NCBI GenBank assembly: GCA_944372355.1
Contig: CALVYS010000001.1
Span: 32,681 to 96,680 of the forward strand
Direction of reading: 5' to 3'
DNA: 64,000 bases
DNA from: an uncultured Clostridia bacterium
Lineage (GTDB): Bacteria; Bacillota; Clostridia; Christensenellales; UBA1242
Positions within the stretch are counted from its first letter, which is position 1. Each line of letters opens with the position of its first letter. The notes under the pieces were generated by a model. That model had not been told where the DNA came from, ran no database searches, and worked only from the letters and a program-made list of their open reading frames with translations. Position numbers and translations under genes: made by a program. Of the stretch, positions 25,081 through 34,035 are shown one piece after another.

Positions 25081-28000
25081 ATGCGAACGATATATAAATA
25101 CTACAAGGAGAGGCTGATTGAAATCAGCGGAAGAAACCGCAGTCTTTATTCTAAAAAAATCAGCAAAAAATATTCTTTTGACATTGGTTCAATCATTGCA
25201 AATGACAAAGATCAGTTGCAAGAGCTTTTGGATTTCGTGTGGAAGGGCAGACGCAAGGGCTTTACTTTGATTGACAAGGACATGAAGGAGAAGCTCTTTG
25301 AAAATTTTGGATTGGACAAAAAATTGAAGGCAAGCTTTGCCGATCAGTCTGGCATGAGCACTGAGGAAAAACGTCTTGACAACTTAAAGAGAGAAAGGCA
25401 GAAGCGTGAAGAGAGCAAAAAGCTTTTGTTAAGTCAAGTTTCCGCTTTAAAAACTTTGAAAAGGGAGATCGAAGAATTTGCAAAAGAAACCGGTCGCTAT
25501 GAGATGTTTGTTGGCTATCCTTTTGTGACAGGCTATATTTCACCAGATTTACAAATCAAGGCTCCGCTCATTCTCTTTCCGGTCACGATAAATGTGGAAA
25601 ACGACTCGACTGTTTCATTGGAGGTCAAGCCAGAGGAGTCTGTGCAGTTTAACAAGGTGCTTTTGCTTGCATATGCAAAAGCGAGAAAGCTGAACATTGA
25701 CAATCTCATCATGGAGTTTGACAATCTGATGGACTATCGTTTGAAAAACATCGCAGACGTGGTCAAATATTTGGCAAGTTTTGATATTAAAATAAAATAT
25801 CAGGAATCGGACAAGGGTTTAGTGGCTTTTGACACGATTCGCGATGCGGCAAAGGGCGAGGGGTTGAAGATCGTCAACGCTTGCGTTATTGGAAGGTTTC
25901 CGCTTGCCAATTCTATATATAATGATTACACGCTTTTAGACAAGAGAAGGCTTTCAAGTGACGCCATCGACGAACTTCTTGAAAGCAGACCAAGCAAAAA
26001 AATCAAAAGGCCAAACACTCAACTTTACACAATCAACGATTTGGACTATGCGCAAGAAAATGCCATCACAAAGCTCAACACTTATGGAAACATGGTCATT
26101 TACGGCCCACCTGGCACAGGCAAAAGTCAAACCATTGTAAACATAATCTCCGACGCCCTTTGCAAGGACAAAAGGGTGCTGGTGGTTTCGCAGAAGAAGG
26201 CGGCTCTTGATGTGGTGTTCAACAGACTCAAAGAGCTCAACTCCAAATGTATGTTCATCGTCGATGCCGAGAAAAACAAAGTCGCTTTCTATGAGCGTTG
26301 CAAACAGATGCATCAAGAGATAATGGACGGATATAAAGGGCAGGAAGACTATCAAGAAAATTTTGAAGCGATTCAAAAAAATCTCGAAAAAGAAACCGCC
26401 GAACTTGAAAACATCAGCGACGTGCTGTTTTCAAAAACTCCGTTTGGATTGACTTTGCAACAACTATATTCCAACTCTGCAAAAATCGGAAAAAACAGTG
26501 CGGATTACGACATCTACAAAAAACTTATCAAAAACAAAGAGTTGATGAAACTCGATTTCAACGATTTTTATCAAGCAACCAGGGTGATTGCCGAGAAAAA
26601 CAAGTGTGAACTTTACTATAAGTATATGCACTTGAAAAAATCCAATCCGCTTGTCGATCACATAAACGGAAAGTTGGAAATTCATGTGGTCAATCAAGTC
26701 AAAACCTTTTTAACAAATCTTTTGAACAAAAATATAGTGCCTTTCGACAGCACAAAGTATCCTCACTCTCGTCAGCTTATGGCCTATCTTTTAGAAAACA
26801 ACTTGCCAGACAACACCGACATCAAACCATTGGTTCAGATGGTGAGCAAGGTTTGCTATCCAAAATTACATAAAAGCCTGAACATTTCCAAGATTTTCTT
26901 CCCACTTTATCCATATTTCAAGGCAAAAACCAACAAAGCGGAAAAGCAGCTTGAAGAAAACTTCCAACAGGCGATGGTTGACATTCGCGCGTATGTTGGC
27001 AATTACAAGTTGCTGGAAAAGGTGCTCGACCGAAAGGGCTATGTGATGACGGTTGACAACATCTTAAATGGCAACCATGCCTTTTTAAGACTTCTTTTGA
27101 ATGCGCTAAACGATTATATTGAAATCCGCGATGTCGTCGTCGCGTTAAAATCCGCCTCACCACATGAAAGGCTTATTTTGGATTTTGCTTATGAAAACAG
27201 CAAGAGTTTGAAGAATTTTAAAGAAATTGTTTCAAAGTTGCTGGAAATTCGCATTTATCATGAGGCCGTGACATATGAGGAAAAATATAAAGAGGATCTT
27301 TCCAAAATCATCGATTTTGAAAACATTCGAAACCGAATATTGTCATTGAAAAATGAAGAAAAGTCGATCGCAACGATGATTTGTTTGGACAAGTTTAAGG
27401 AAGAATATCAAAATTATTACTATTCAAATCCAGAAAACAAAAACTTCCTATATCAAATCACCAAGCAGCAGTCGCTTATGCCGATTCGAAAGATGATGGA
27501 CACATATGGCGACTTCCTGCTGAAACTCTTTCCATGTTGGCTGCTTTCGCCAGAAAGCGTTTCAAACATTTTCCCGCTTGAAAAGAACTTGTTTGACATC
27601 GTGCTTTTCGATGAAGCTTCGCAGGTGTTTATTGAAAACACGTTGCCGTCAATTTACCGCGGAAAGTTTATCGTTGTGGCAGGGGACAACAAGCAGTTGC
27701 GACCAACCTCCACCTTTATGAAACGCTATATGGGAAATGACAGTGAAGAGGAGCTTGATCTTTCCACTCAGGCGGCCTTGGAAGTTGAAAGCCTTTTGGA
27801 TTTGGCCACCTCGCGTTATCACAGCACAAACCTCACTTATCATTACAGAAGCCGAAATGAGGAGCTTATCAACTTCTCAAACTATGCTTTTTATGATGGA
27901 AAGTTGCAAATTGCGCCAAACACAACAAAAAACATAGGCAAAAAACCAATCGAGCGCATTAAAGTAAATGGCTCTTGGATCGGACGAAAAAATCAAGAAG

Positions 28001-28887
28001 AGGCCGGCGCGGTTGTTTCGCTGCTTAAAAAGCTGATCAAAAACAAGCGAAACAAGCTTTCAATAGGGATCATCACTTTCAACTCTGAGCAAGAGGCTGC
28101 GATTGAGGACGCCATCGACAAAGAATGTCAAAAAGACCAGGCCTTTCGCGATGCTTACATACGTGAGCAAAATCGCATAAGCAACGGAGAGGACGAGAGC
28201 ATTTTCATCAAAAACCTTGAAAACGTTCAAGGTGACGAGCGAGACATAATAATTTTCAGCACGGGCTATGCTAGGAATGAATTCGGAAGAGTTGTCGCTC
28301 ACTTTGGTCCGCTTTCAGTTGAGGGAGGCGAAAACCGATTGAACGTGGCGATAACTCGTGCCAAAGAAAAGATCTATGTGGTGACAAGTATTGAGCCGGA
28401 AGAGCTGCAAGTTGAAGGCACAAAAAATGCCGGACCAAAGATATTCAAAAAATACCTTCAATATGTCCGCGCCGTTTCGGCAGGCAAGAAAAAAGAGGTT
28501 GGATACATTTTGGATTCCTTTAAGCCGGTGCTTGAAAAGAAAGCTGAAATCAATCTAAATCAGTTTGAAGGCGAAATCAAGGCCGAACTTGAAAAGCTTG
28601 GCTATGAGGTTGAAACCAATCTTGGAAACACCAACTACAAACTTTCACTTGCAATCTATGACAAAAAGCTAGACAGATATTTGCTTGGCATTGAATGCGA
28701 CTATGCGGCATATCAAAGCAGTGATTCGGTGCTGGAAAGAGATGTCTATCGAAACAAATTTTTGCAATCTCGTGGTTGGAAAATTTTGAGAGTTTGGAGC
28801 AGAGACTGGTGGCTCAACAAAAACAAGGTTGTCTCAAACATCGTCAAACAAATTGAGGCCAGCAGAAAAAAGTTTAAAGAAGCTTAA
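25081..28887 (+). CDS. SF1 (Upf1/DNA2-like) helicase fused to a C-terminal Vsr/DUF559-type endonuclease-fold domain
   Basis: IYGPPGTGKSQT (Walker A), VLFDEASQV (Walker B), YHYRSRNEELINF, QGDERDIIIFS and RLNVAITRAK. The C-terminus LGIECDYAAYQSS...RDVYRNKFLQSRGWKILRVWSRDWW matches the restriction-endonuclease-like module seen in DUF4011/DUF3320-type helicases. Confidence 0.85.
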   Translation: MRTIYKYYKERLIEISGRNRSLYSKKISKKYSFDIGSIIANDKDQLQELLDFVWKGRRKGFTLIDKDMKEKLFENFGLDKKLKASFADQSGMSTEEKRLDNLKRERQKREESKKLLLSQVSALKTLKREIEEFAKETGRYEMFVGYPFVTGYISPDLQIKAPLILFPVTINVENDSTVSLEVKPEESVQFNKVLLLAYAKARKLNIDNLIMEFDNLMDYRLKNIADVVKYLASFDIKIKYQESDKGLVAFDTIRDAAKGEGLKIVNACVIGRFPLANSIYNDYTLLDKRRLSSDAIDELLESRPSKKIKRPNTQLYTINDLDYAQENAITKLNTYGNMVIYGPPGTGKSQTIVNIISDALCKDKRVLVVSQKKAALDVVFNRLKELNSKCMFIVDAEKNKVAFYERCKQMHQEIMDGYKGQEDYQENFEAIQKNLEKETAELENISDVLFSKTPFGLTLQQLYSNSAKIGKNSADYDIYKKLIKNKELMKLDFNDFYQATRVIAEKNKCELYYKYMHLKKSNPLVDHINGKLEIHVVNQVKTFLTNLLNKNIVPFDSTKYPHSRQLMAYLLENNLPDNTDIKPLVQMVSKVCYPKLHKSLNISKIFFPLYPYFKAKTNKAEKQLEENFQQAMVDIRAYVGNYKLLEKVLDRKGYVMTVDNILNGNHAFLRLLLNALNDYIEIRDVVVALKSASPHERLILDFAYENSKSLKNFKEIVSKLLEIRIYHEAVTYEEKYKEDLSKIIDFENIRNRILSLKNEEKSIATMICLDKFKEEYQNYYYSNPENKNFLYQITKQQSLMPIRKMMDTYGDFLLKLFPCWLLSPESVSNIFPLEKNLFDIVLFDEASQVFIENTLPSIYRGKFIVVAGDNKQLRPTSTFMKRYMGNDSEEELDLSTQAALEVESLLDLATSRYHSTNLTYHYRSRNEELINFSNYAFYDGKLQIAPNTTKNIGKKPIERIKVNGSWIGRKNQEEAGAVVSLLKKLIKNKRNKLSIGIITFNSEQEAAIEDAIDKECQKDQAFRDAYIREQNRISNGEDESIFIKNLENVQGDERDIIIFSTGYARNEFGRVVAHFGPLSVEGGENRLNVAITRAKEKIYVVTSIEPEELQVEGTKNAGPKIFKKYLQYVRAVSAGKKKEVGYILDSFKPVLEKKAEINLNQFEGEIKAELEKLGYEVETNLGNTNYKLSLAIYDKKLDRYLLGIECDYAAYQSSDSVLERDVYRNKFLQSRGWKILRVWSRDWWLNKNKVVSNIVKQIEASRKKFKEA

Positions 28888-28900
28888 AAATTAACAAAAA

Positions 28901-28926
28901 AATGCACAAAAAAGTGCATTTTTTTG
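28901..28926 (+). terminator. intrinsic terminator after the helicase gene
   Basis: AATGCAC-AAAAAA-GTGCATT plus a T-run. Confidence 0.7.
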
Positions 28927-28997
28927 TTGTTTAATTGCAATTATTAAAACCATTGCGTTTAATTTATTTTTTTCATTTTCAAAAGCGATAAAATGGC

Positions 28998-29026
28998 TTG
29001 CACTTTTGGCCTTCTTGTGCTAGAAT
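28998..29026 (+). promoter_or_regulatory. promoter of tRNA-Ser
   Basis: TTGCAC, 17-nt spacer, TGC-TAGAAT extended -10. The tRNA starts about 15 nt downstream. Confidence 0.65.
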
Positions 29027-29041
29027 TAAAACAGCTTTTTT

Positions 29042-29134
29042 GGAGACGTATCGAAGTGGTCGCAACGAGCTTGACTCGAAATCAAGTTGTCGGTTAAATC
29101 CGGCACGTGGGTTCGAATCCCACCGTCTCCGCCA
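29042..29134 (+). tRNA. tRNA-Ser (anticodon CGA), CCA encoded
   Basis: Hand-folded. Acceptor GGAGACG/CGTCTCC, anticodon arm CTTGA-CTCGAAA-TCAAG, long variable arm, T arm GTGGG-TTCGAAT-CCCAC. Confidence 0.9.
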
Positions 29135-29481
29135 AAAATTGTCGTTTGAACTCAAACGGCAATTTTTTTAGTTTACGCAAGGACGCTTCGTCCTTATTCT
29201 CATCGTCTGAGATTTCTGTTTTGTTGGATTTAGAAGACCCATATTATGTTGCAAATGAACTTCAAAAAAATAGTGTGTGACATTAAAAATATTTCCTTTA
29301 ATAAGAAGTGGACAGAAGGCTAACAAGAGAGACAAAGAAACTTTAACGAAATTAAAAAGCTAAAATGGTCAAAATCCGTGACACATTTTTATACAAGCGG
29401 TTTATTACAGCCGTTTTTTTGATGAAAACATAAGGGGAAGGGAGGGGAAAGAGAGATTTTTGCGTGGACGGAGATTTGCTT

Positions 29482-29625
29482 ATGTTTAATATCCTATCAA
29501 AACTAGCTGCGGGCTGGAGCAGTTACACGTGGACGGGCAATTATACCTGGCTAAACGATTTGTTTTCTGTCCTTGAACAATTATGGCTGTCGCTGGATCA
29601 ATGCCTAATAATTATAAAAAAATAA
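29482..29625 (+). pseudogene. truncated, diverged paralog (47 codons) of the 29714-30067 membrane-protein gene, including its leader
   Basis: MFNILSKLAAGWSSYTWTGNYTWLNDLFSVL... aligns with MMNLISMLAGWKDISWPKQYTWLPQLFTVL... The upstream leader (AAAACATAAGGG...GATTTTTGCG.GGACGGAG) is also shared, in inverted orientation. Confidence 0.45.
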
Positions 29626-29713
29626 CCATAAACGGTTATCTTCTTTGTTATTTTATTGTTTAATAGGGAAAATTTGTGCGCAAAAAAGCGACCATTGTAG
29701 GTCGCTTCCTATT

Positions 29714-30067
29714 TTATTGAGCGGGTGAAGGTGAAATTACTTGTCCTGGACTTGTTGGTGTGCCGATAAATGCTTGCAATATCAAAGGAAGAAGTTCATT
29801 GAAGAAAACAACAAGTAAAATCGTAACTGCAACTGCAATGATTGTTGTAATCAATCTCTTCTTTGCTTCGTCACGCTTGGATTGGTCCTCTGCACGGGCG
29901 AGATTGATGCCAAGCACAATGGCATAAACTGCACCTGCTGCGCCAACAACAGCCATTATTGCATACAACAATGGATAAAGCACAGTAAACAATTGTGGAA
30001 GCCAAGTATATTGTTTAGGCCATGAAATATCTTTCCAACCAGCCAACATCGAGATCAAATTCATCAT
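29714..30067 (-). CDS. small two-TM membrane protein, topology reminiscent of VirB2/TrbC-type conjugative pilins
   Basis: 117 aa with two hydrophobic helices separated by a charged loop (ARAEDQSKRDEAKKR). GGAGG SD and a terminator at 29682-29706. The family call is tentative. Confidence 0.55.
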   Translation of the reverse strand: MMNLISMLAGWKDISWPKQYTWLPQLFTVLYPLLYAIMAVVGAAGAVYAIVLGINLARAEDQSKRDEAKKRLITTIIAVAVTILLVVFFNELLPLILQAFIGTPTSPGQVISPSPAQ

Positions 30068-30398
30068 AAGAAAACCTCCGTCCGCGCAAAAAAATCGTTC
30101 CTACCCCCTCTCTCCCTTATGTTTTAAGGAAGGAGCGGAGATGACTTTAAAGCGCTAATTAATTTTAATATTTGTAAAAAAGATTTTTCTATACCGAAAT
30201 CTTTTTACATGACAATCTTAGCATAAAAAATTTTTAATACCAAATGATTTTACATAATTTTCAAAAAAAAATAAAAAAATTTTTTTTCTAATTTTTTAAT
30301 AAAAAAGGCCCTTAAATTTAAGGGCATGAAAAATCAAGAAAAAAAATTGTTTGAAAAAAGTGGATTTTACAATTTTAATTGCAATTTTTCTATATTTT

Positions 30399-30578
30399 TT
30401 AAAATAATCTTCCGCTGCATTGGGCAGGGCAGGTGTTTGCACAGCCCCAAAAATTGTTTCCATTCGAAAGCGCCAAAAGCAGCAGCAACAGAAAGTTGGT
30501 GTTTGTGTTTAAATTTGTGTCAGTGGCGTTTGCAAAAATAGACAACAAAAGAACCAGCAAAATGTCTTGTGAATTCAT
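30399..30578 (-). CDS. small (59 aa) hydrophobic Cys-containing peptide, divergent from the ArsR gene
   Basis: AAAGGAGGA SD 4 nt before the ATG. Product is MNSQDILLVLLLSIFANATDTNLNTNTNFLLLLLLALSNGNNFWGCANTCPAQCSGRLF. GCCCTTAAATTTAAGGGC terminator plus T-run downstream. One codon under the ORF-track cutoff. Confidence 0.45.
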   Translation of the reverse strand: MNSQDILLVLLLSIFANATDTNLNTNTNFLLLLLLALSNGNNFWGCANTCPAQCSGRLF

Positions 30579-30728
30579 AAAATCCTCCTTTCAACATTTT
30601 TTAATCTTAAAGTGCAAAAAAAGTCAAAATCCTGTTTTGCCAAGTTTCTTTTGTAAAGGATAATAATTGTTGTTACGGTTGTTATATATGAAAAAGCTTG
30701 CTTGTTTGACACAATTTAAGGAGAGTTT

Positions 30729-31061
30729 ATGGAAAAGTTTTTGATGCTTTCAGAGCGCAGAAAAAATGAGTTGCTGTCATTTTTGCCCACCGAATCCGAG
30801 CTTTCACGGCTTGCGGACTACTTTCAAAATTTTTCTGATTCCACAAGATTGAAGATCATCTCGTGTCTCTCGCTTTGCGACATGTGCGTGGGAGATATTT
30901 CCACTTTGCTTGGGATAAATCAAACCACGGTTTCTCATCAGCTTAAAATATTAAAAGATCAGGGGCTTGTCGCCTATCGTAGAGACGGCAAGATTTTGCT
31001 TTACAGTTTGATTGAAAGATCTGTAAATGATGTTATGATGTATGCAGTGGAATATCTGTGA
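30729..31061 (+). CDS. ArsR/SmtB-family metalloregulator
   Basis: RLKIISCLSLCDMCVGDISTLLGINQTTVSHQLKILKDQGLV, a wHTH with a CxC metal-site-like motif. Confidence 0.85.
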   Translation: MEKFLMLSERRKNELLSFLPTESELSRLADYFQNFSDSTRLKIISCLSLCDMCVGDISTLLGINQTTVSHQLKILKDQGLVAYRRDGKILLYSLIERSVNDVMMYAVEYL

Positions 31062-31065
31062 AGGA

Positions 31066-31094
31066 TTGACTTTTGTAAAATTATCTGCTAGAAT
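31066..31094 (+). promoter_or_regulatory. promoter placing the TSS at or next to the ATG of the 31102 gene
   Basis: TTGACT, 17-nt spacer, TGC-TAGAAT. The -10 ends 7 nt before the ATG at 31102, and no usable SD is present. Confidence 0.5.
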
Positions 31095-31101
31095 TTAGGA
31101 C

Positions 31102-31527
31102 ATGAAAAAGCAAGACATAGAACTGATTTTGCCAAAGGGCTTTTCTGCATTGGAAGAAAGATACGAGCTTTCCAACGACCAGAATTTGCAATTCCACGAA
31201 AACGTGCTTTCACCAAGTGGAGCTGTCATCTCGGTTTTTGAAGCCAAAGAGGATATGCAAACCTATGACAAAATGATAAGAGACTACGCAAATGTCACCG
31301 AAAATTTGCAAATGAAAAAAAAGTTTTCCATCAAAATCGGTGAAAAACAATGCTACATATATATAATAGGAAAGGCCGACTTTCTTGCACAGGGCTTCAT
31401 AGAGGTGAGGGGCAAACTTTTCAGCTTTGTCACATCGCTGCAAAATTTGGGCAAAAATTATGCCGAAACCAAGGCGGCCAATCCGTCGTTTGCCGATCTG
31501 GTTGAACTTATGAGGACAGTGAAATGA
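31102..31527 (+). CDS. hypothetical protein (141 aa)
   Basis: ORF overlaps the queH start (ATGA). No family recognised. Confidence 0.6.
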   Translation: MKKQDIELILPKGFSALEERYELSNDQNLQFHENVLSPSGAVISVFEAKEDMQTYDKMIRDYANVTENLQMKKKFSIKIGEKQCYIYIIGKADFLAQGFIEVRGKLFSFVTSLQNLGKNYAETKAANPSFADLVELMRTVK

Positions 31528-32078
31528 AAAAACTTCTTTTACATAGTTGCTGCGGGCCCTGTTCCACTCATGTGATTAAAGTGCTTTCAGATTCTTACGA
31601 TTTGACAATTTTCTACTTTAATCCAAACATTTATCCGGCAGCTGAATATCAAAAACGCTTGGGAGAGCAACTCAAATATGCTAAACTGAAAGGCATAGAG
31701 GTTTTGGAAGGCAAGTATGACGAAGAAGCGTTTTTAAAGCTTGTTAAAGGGCTGGAAGATGTGCCAGAGGGCGGTGCGAGATGCCGAAAATGTTTCGAAA
31801 TGCGCCTTGCTGAAACCGCAAAGGTGGCAAAGCAAAAAGGGTTCGACCTTTTTGCCACAACGCTTTCAGTGAGCCCTCACAAAAACACGGTTGTGATAAA
31901 CAGCGTGGGAGAGGAAATTGCCGCTCGCGAAAACATAGAGTTTTTGCCAGAAAATTTCAAAAAGAAAGATGGCTATCTTGACAGCATTCGTCTGTCAAAA
32001 GAGTATGGCCTTTACAGGCAAGATTATTGTGGCTGCCGTTTTTCAAAAAAGGAAAGAGATGCTAGGGTTTCAAAGTAG
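31524..32078 (+). CDS. queH: epoxyqueuosine reductase QueH (DUF208)
   Basis: LLLHSCCGPCST, CRKCFEMRL and YRQDYCGC motifs typical of QueH. Confidence 0.85.
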   Translation: MKKLLLHSCCGPCSTHVIKVLSDSYDLTIFYFNPNIYPAAEYQKRLGEQLKYAKLKGIEVLEGKYDEEAFLKLVKGLEDVPEGGARCRKCFEMRLAETAKVAKQKGFDLFATTLSVSPHKNTVVINSVGEEIAARENIEFLPENFKKKDGYLDSIRLSKEYGLYRQDYCGCRFSKKERDARVSK

Positions 32079-32907
32079 AAAAGCCAAACGCGGAGAAGAG
32101 TACATCGAAAGGAGTGTGAAAAAATACCCCAAGATTTTGTTTTGGAGTTTTCTCATTTACTTTTTGCTGTTCGCTGGTTATATGGGGTGGTATTTTTACT
32201 TTATCAACACCTTCACACTTTGCAAAGTTGAAGGCATCAGCATGCAAAACACTTTAAATCCTTATATCACCAGTGCAGATGACTGCGATGATTGGTTCTA
32301 TCTTTACAATGACAAAAAGCCCGAGCTTTTTGACATCGTTGTGGTCACTGACATCGAACTCAATGAGCAAGGTGAGGAACAGGAAGTTTCTCTTGTCAAG
32401 CGAGTTATTGCGCTTGAAGGCGATCTTGTCACGATCAAGCGTGCAACTGGTGAGGGAGAAGATGGCTACTTTCACGTGTATGCGCAGCGCGTCGGTGAAA
32501 ATTATCCCACCATGTTGCAAGAGGATTATGTAAAAAGCTACTATGAGTGGACCTATGGCGGTTCGTTTTCACAAGTTTATGAAGACACCACAGGCGAGAG
32601 TGTTGTGGAATATGAATACAGATTTCATCAAACTTTCATAAACAATAATGAAGAAAACACCATCAAAATCGATGATACCTGGTATTATCGAGTTCCAGAG
32701 GGGTGCGTGTTCTATTTGGGAGACAATCGCGCTCGTTCATCTGATTCGCGTGTGCGTGGCGTGGGCAGCCTTGACGATGTGCAAGGCGTTGCTGAAATCA
32801 TCTTACACAATGCCGAAGATGCATCTGAAGCCCAGCGTTTTGGCATAAAATTTGTTTCAATCGCCGGTTATTACTGGGAAAAAGTGGAAAATGCCTTTGC
32901 CAGATAG
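32059..32907 (+). CDS. lepB: signal peptidase I
   Basis: N-terminal TM, then GISMQNTL (catalytic Ser), LVKRVIALEGD (Lys) and GDNRARSSDSR. Start chosen at the ATG at 32059 after AAGGAAAGAG. Confidence 0.85.
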   Translation: MLGFQSRKAKRGEEYIERSVKKYPKILFWSFLIYFLLFAGYMGWYFYFINTFTLCKVEGISMQNTLNPYITSADDCDDWFYLYNDKKPELFDIVVVTDIELNEQGEEQEVSLVKRVIALEGDLVTIKRATGEGEDGYFHVYAQRVGENYPTMLQEDYVKSYYEWTYGGSFSQVYEDTTGESVVEYEYRFHQTFINNNEENTIKIDDTWYYRVPEGCVFYLGDNRARSSDSRVRGVGSLDDVQGVAEIILHNAEDASEAQRFGIKFVSIAGYYWEKVENAFAR

Positions 32908-33050
32908 CAATATCGCCACAAAATGTGGCGATTTTTGTTTTGGCGGTTTAAAAATGCTTGCAAATGGCGAAAATCGTTTTGTTTAAAAGGGTTTTTATGC
33001 TAAACTTTTTTTAGCATAAAGATGCTAAAATAAATAAAGGGAGAAACATT

Positions 33051-33323
33051 ATGAACAAATCTGAATTTATCAAAGCTTTTGCTGAAAAGGCAAATTTCAC
33101 ACAGAAAGATGCTGGAATTGCTTTTGAAGCTATGGTGGCAACCATTGTTGACACACTTAAAAAGGGAGACAAAATTGCAATCGCTGGTTTCGGAACTTAT
33201 GAAGTTAAAAAGAAACCTGCAAGAGTTGGCATCAATCCAATGACCAAACAAAAAGTTAAAATCGCAGCAACAAACGCTCCAGCTTTCAAATTCGGAAACA
33301 GTTTTAAAGCAATCTTCAACTAA
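33051..33323 (+). CDS. hup: DNA-binding protein HU
   Basis: 90 aa, canonical MNKSEFIKAFAEK...GFGTYEVKKKPARVGINPMTKQKVKIAATNAPAFKFG. Confidence 0.95.
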   Translation: MNKSEFIKAFAEKANFTQKDAGIAFEAMVATIVDTLKKGDKIAIAGFGTYEVKKKPARVGINPMTKQKVKIAATNAPAFKFGNSFKAIFN

Positions 33324-33350
33324 AAAAAACCGCCTCGGCGGCTTTTTTTA
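33322..33350. terminator. bidirectional terminator between hup and rubrerythrin
   Basis: A-run, CCGC-CTCG-GCGG hairpin, T-run. Confidence 0.65.
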
Positions 33351-33935
33351 TGACTCAGGAAAGTCGATGACGACATAACCTTGTGGATATTGGCAAAGGG
33401 GGCAAGTTTTCCAAGCCTCCTTTTTTGTTTGCCGAAATCCGCAGTTGGAGCATTCAAACTGTTTGGGAACCGGCGATTTATATAAAGACTTTTTCTTGAA
33501 CATCTCCGCGAGGAATGCCAGTTTTTGTGAGTGAACTCTCTCAACGTCTGCCACTTGCTGAAAGGTTTTTGCAATTTCTGGGAAACCTTCGTCCTTGGCA
33601 ATCTTTGCAAAGGAAGGGTAGATGTTTTCAGCCTCCGACTCTTCAATGAGCGCGGCTGAACTGAGTGAAGTTTTGAGTTCTGATTGTTTGAACGGAAATC
33701 CAGCCTCGATGTTGACATTGCCGTTTGTGGCTTGCAAATTGTCGATGAGGTGCTGATAAAACATTTTGGCATGCGCCATCTCATTTTTGGCCAGCATTTT
33801 TAATATGGTTGAAATGTAGTTCATCTGGTTTTGTTTGGCGTCTTTTGCAATGAATTGATATCTTGCTCCGTCCTGACATTCTGCGGCAAAAGCCCTGGCA
33901 AGGTTTTGCTTTGTTTTGCTTTCTTGAAAATCCAT
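33348..33935 (-). CDS. rbr: rubrerythrin
   Basis: N-terminal ferritin-like domain (NLARAFAAECQDGARYQF, EMAHAKMF) and a C-terminal rubredoxin-like CSNCG...CPLC. Confidence 0.9.
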   Translation of the reverse strand: MDFQESKTKQNLARAFAAECQDGARYQFIAKDAKQNQMNYISTILKMLAKNEMAHAKMFYQHLIDNLQATNGNVNIEAGFPFKQSELKTSLSSAALIEESEAENIYPSFAKIAKDEGFPEIAKTFQQVADVERVHSQKLAFLAEMFKKKSLYKSPVPKQFECSNCGFRQTKKEAWKTCPLCQYPQGYVVIDFPES

Positions 33936-34035
33936 TGTTTTCCTCCTCGGCTAAGTTATAGACAAATTTTTGCCCTTTCAAACATTTGCTTTTTTTATAT
34001 AAAACATGTTAAACTTTAATCACAAGGGGGCAAAT

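Noticed and set aside
29425-30125. Inverted repeat arms as a site-specific DNA inversion (shufflon/phase) switch
   Set aside because: No recombinase gene is nearby. The arms are only ~65-70% identical by eye, and both copies carry their own leader, so inversion would not change expression. It is kept only as a duplication finding.
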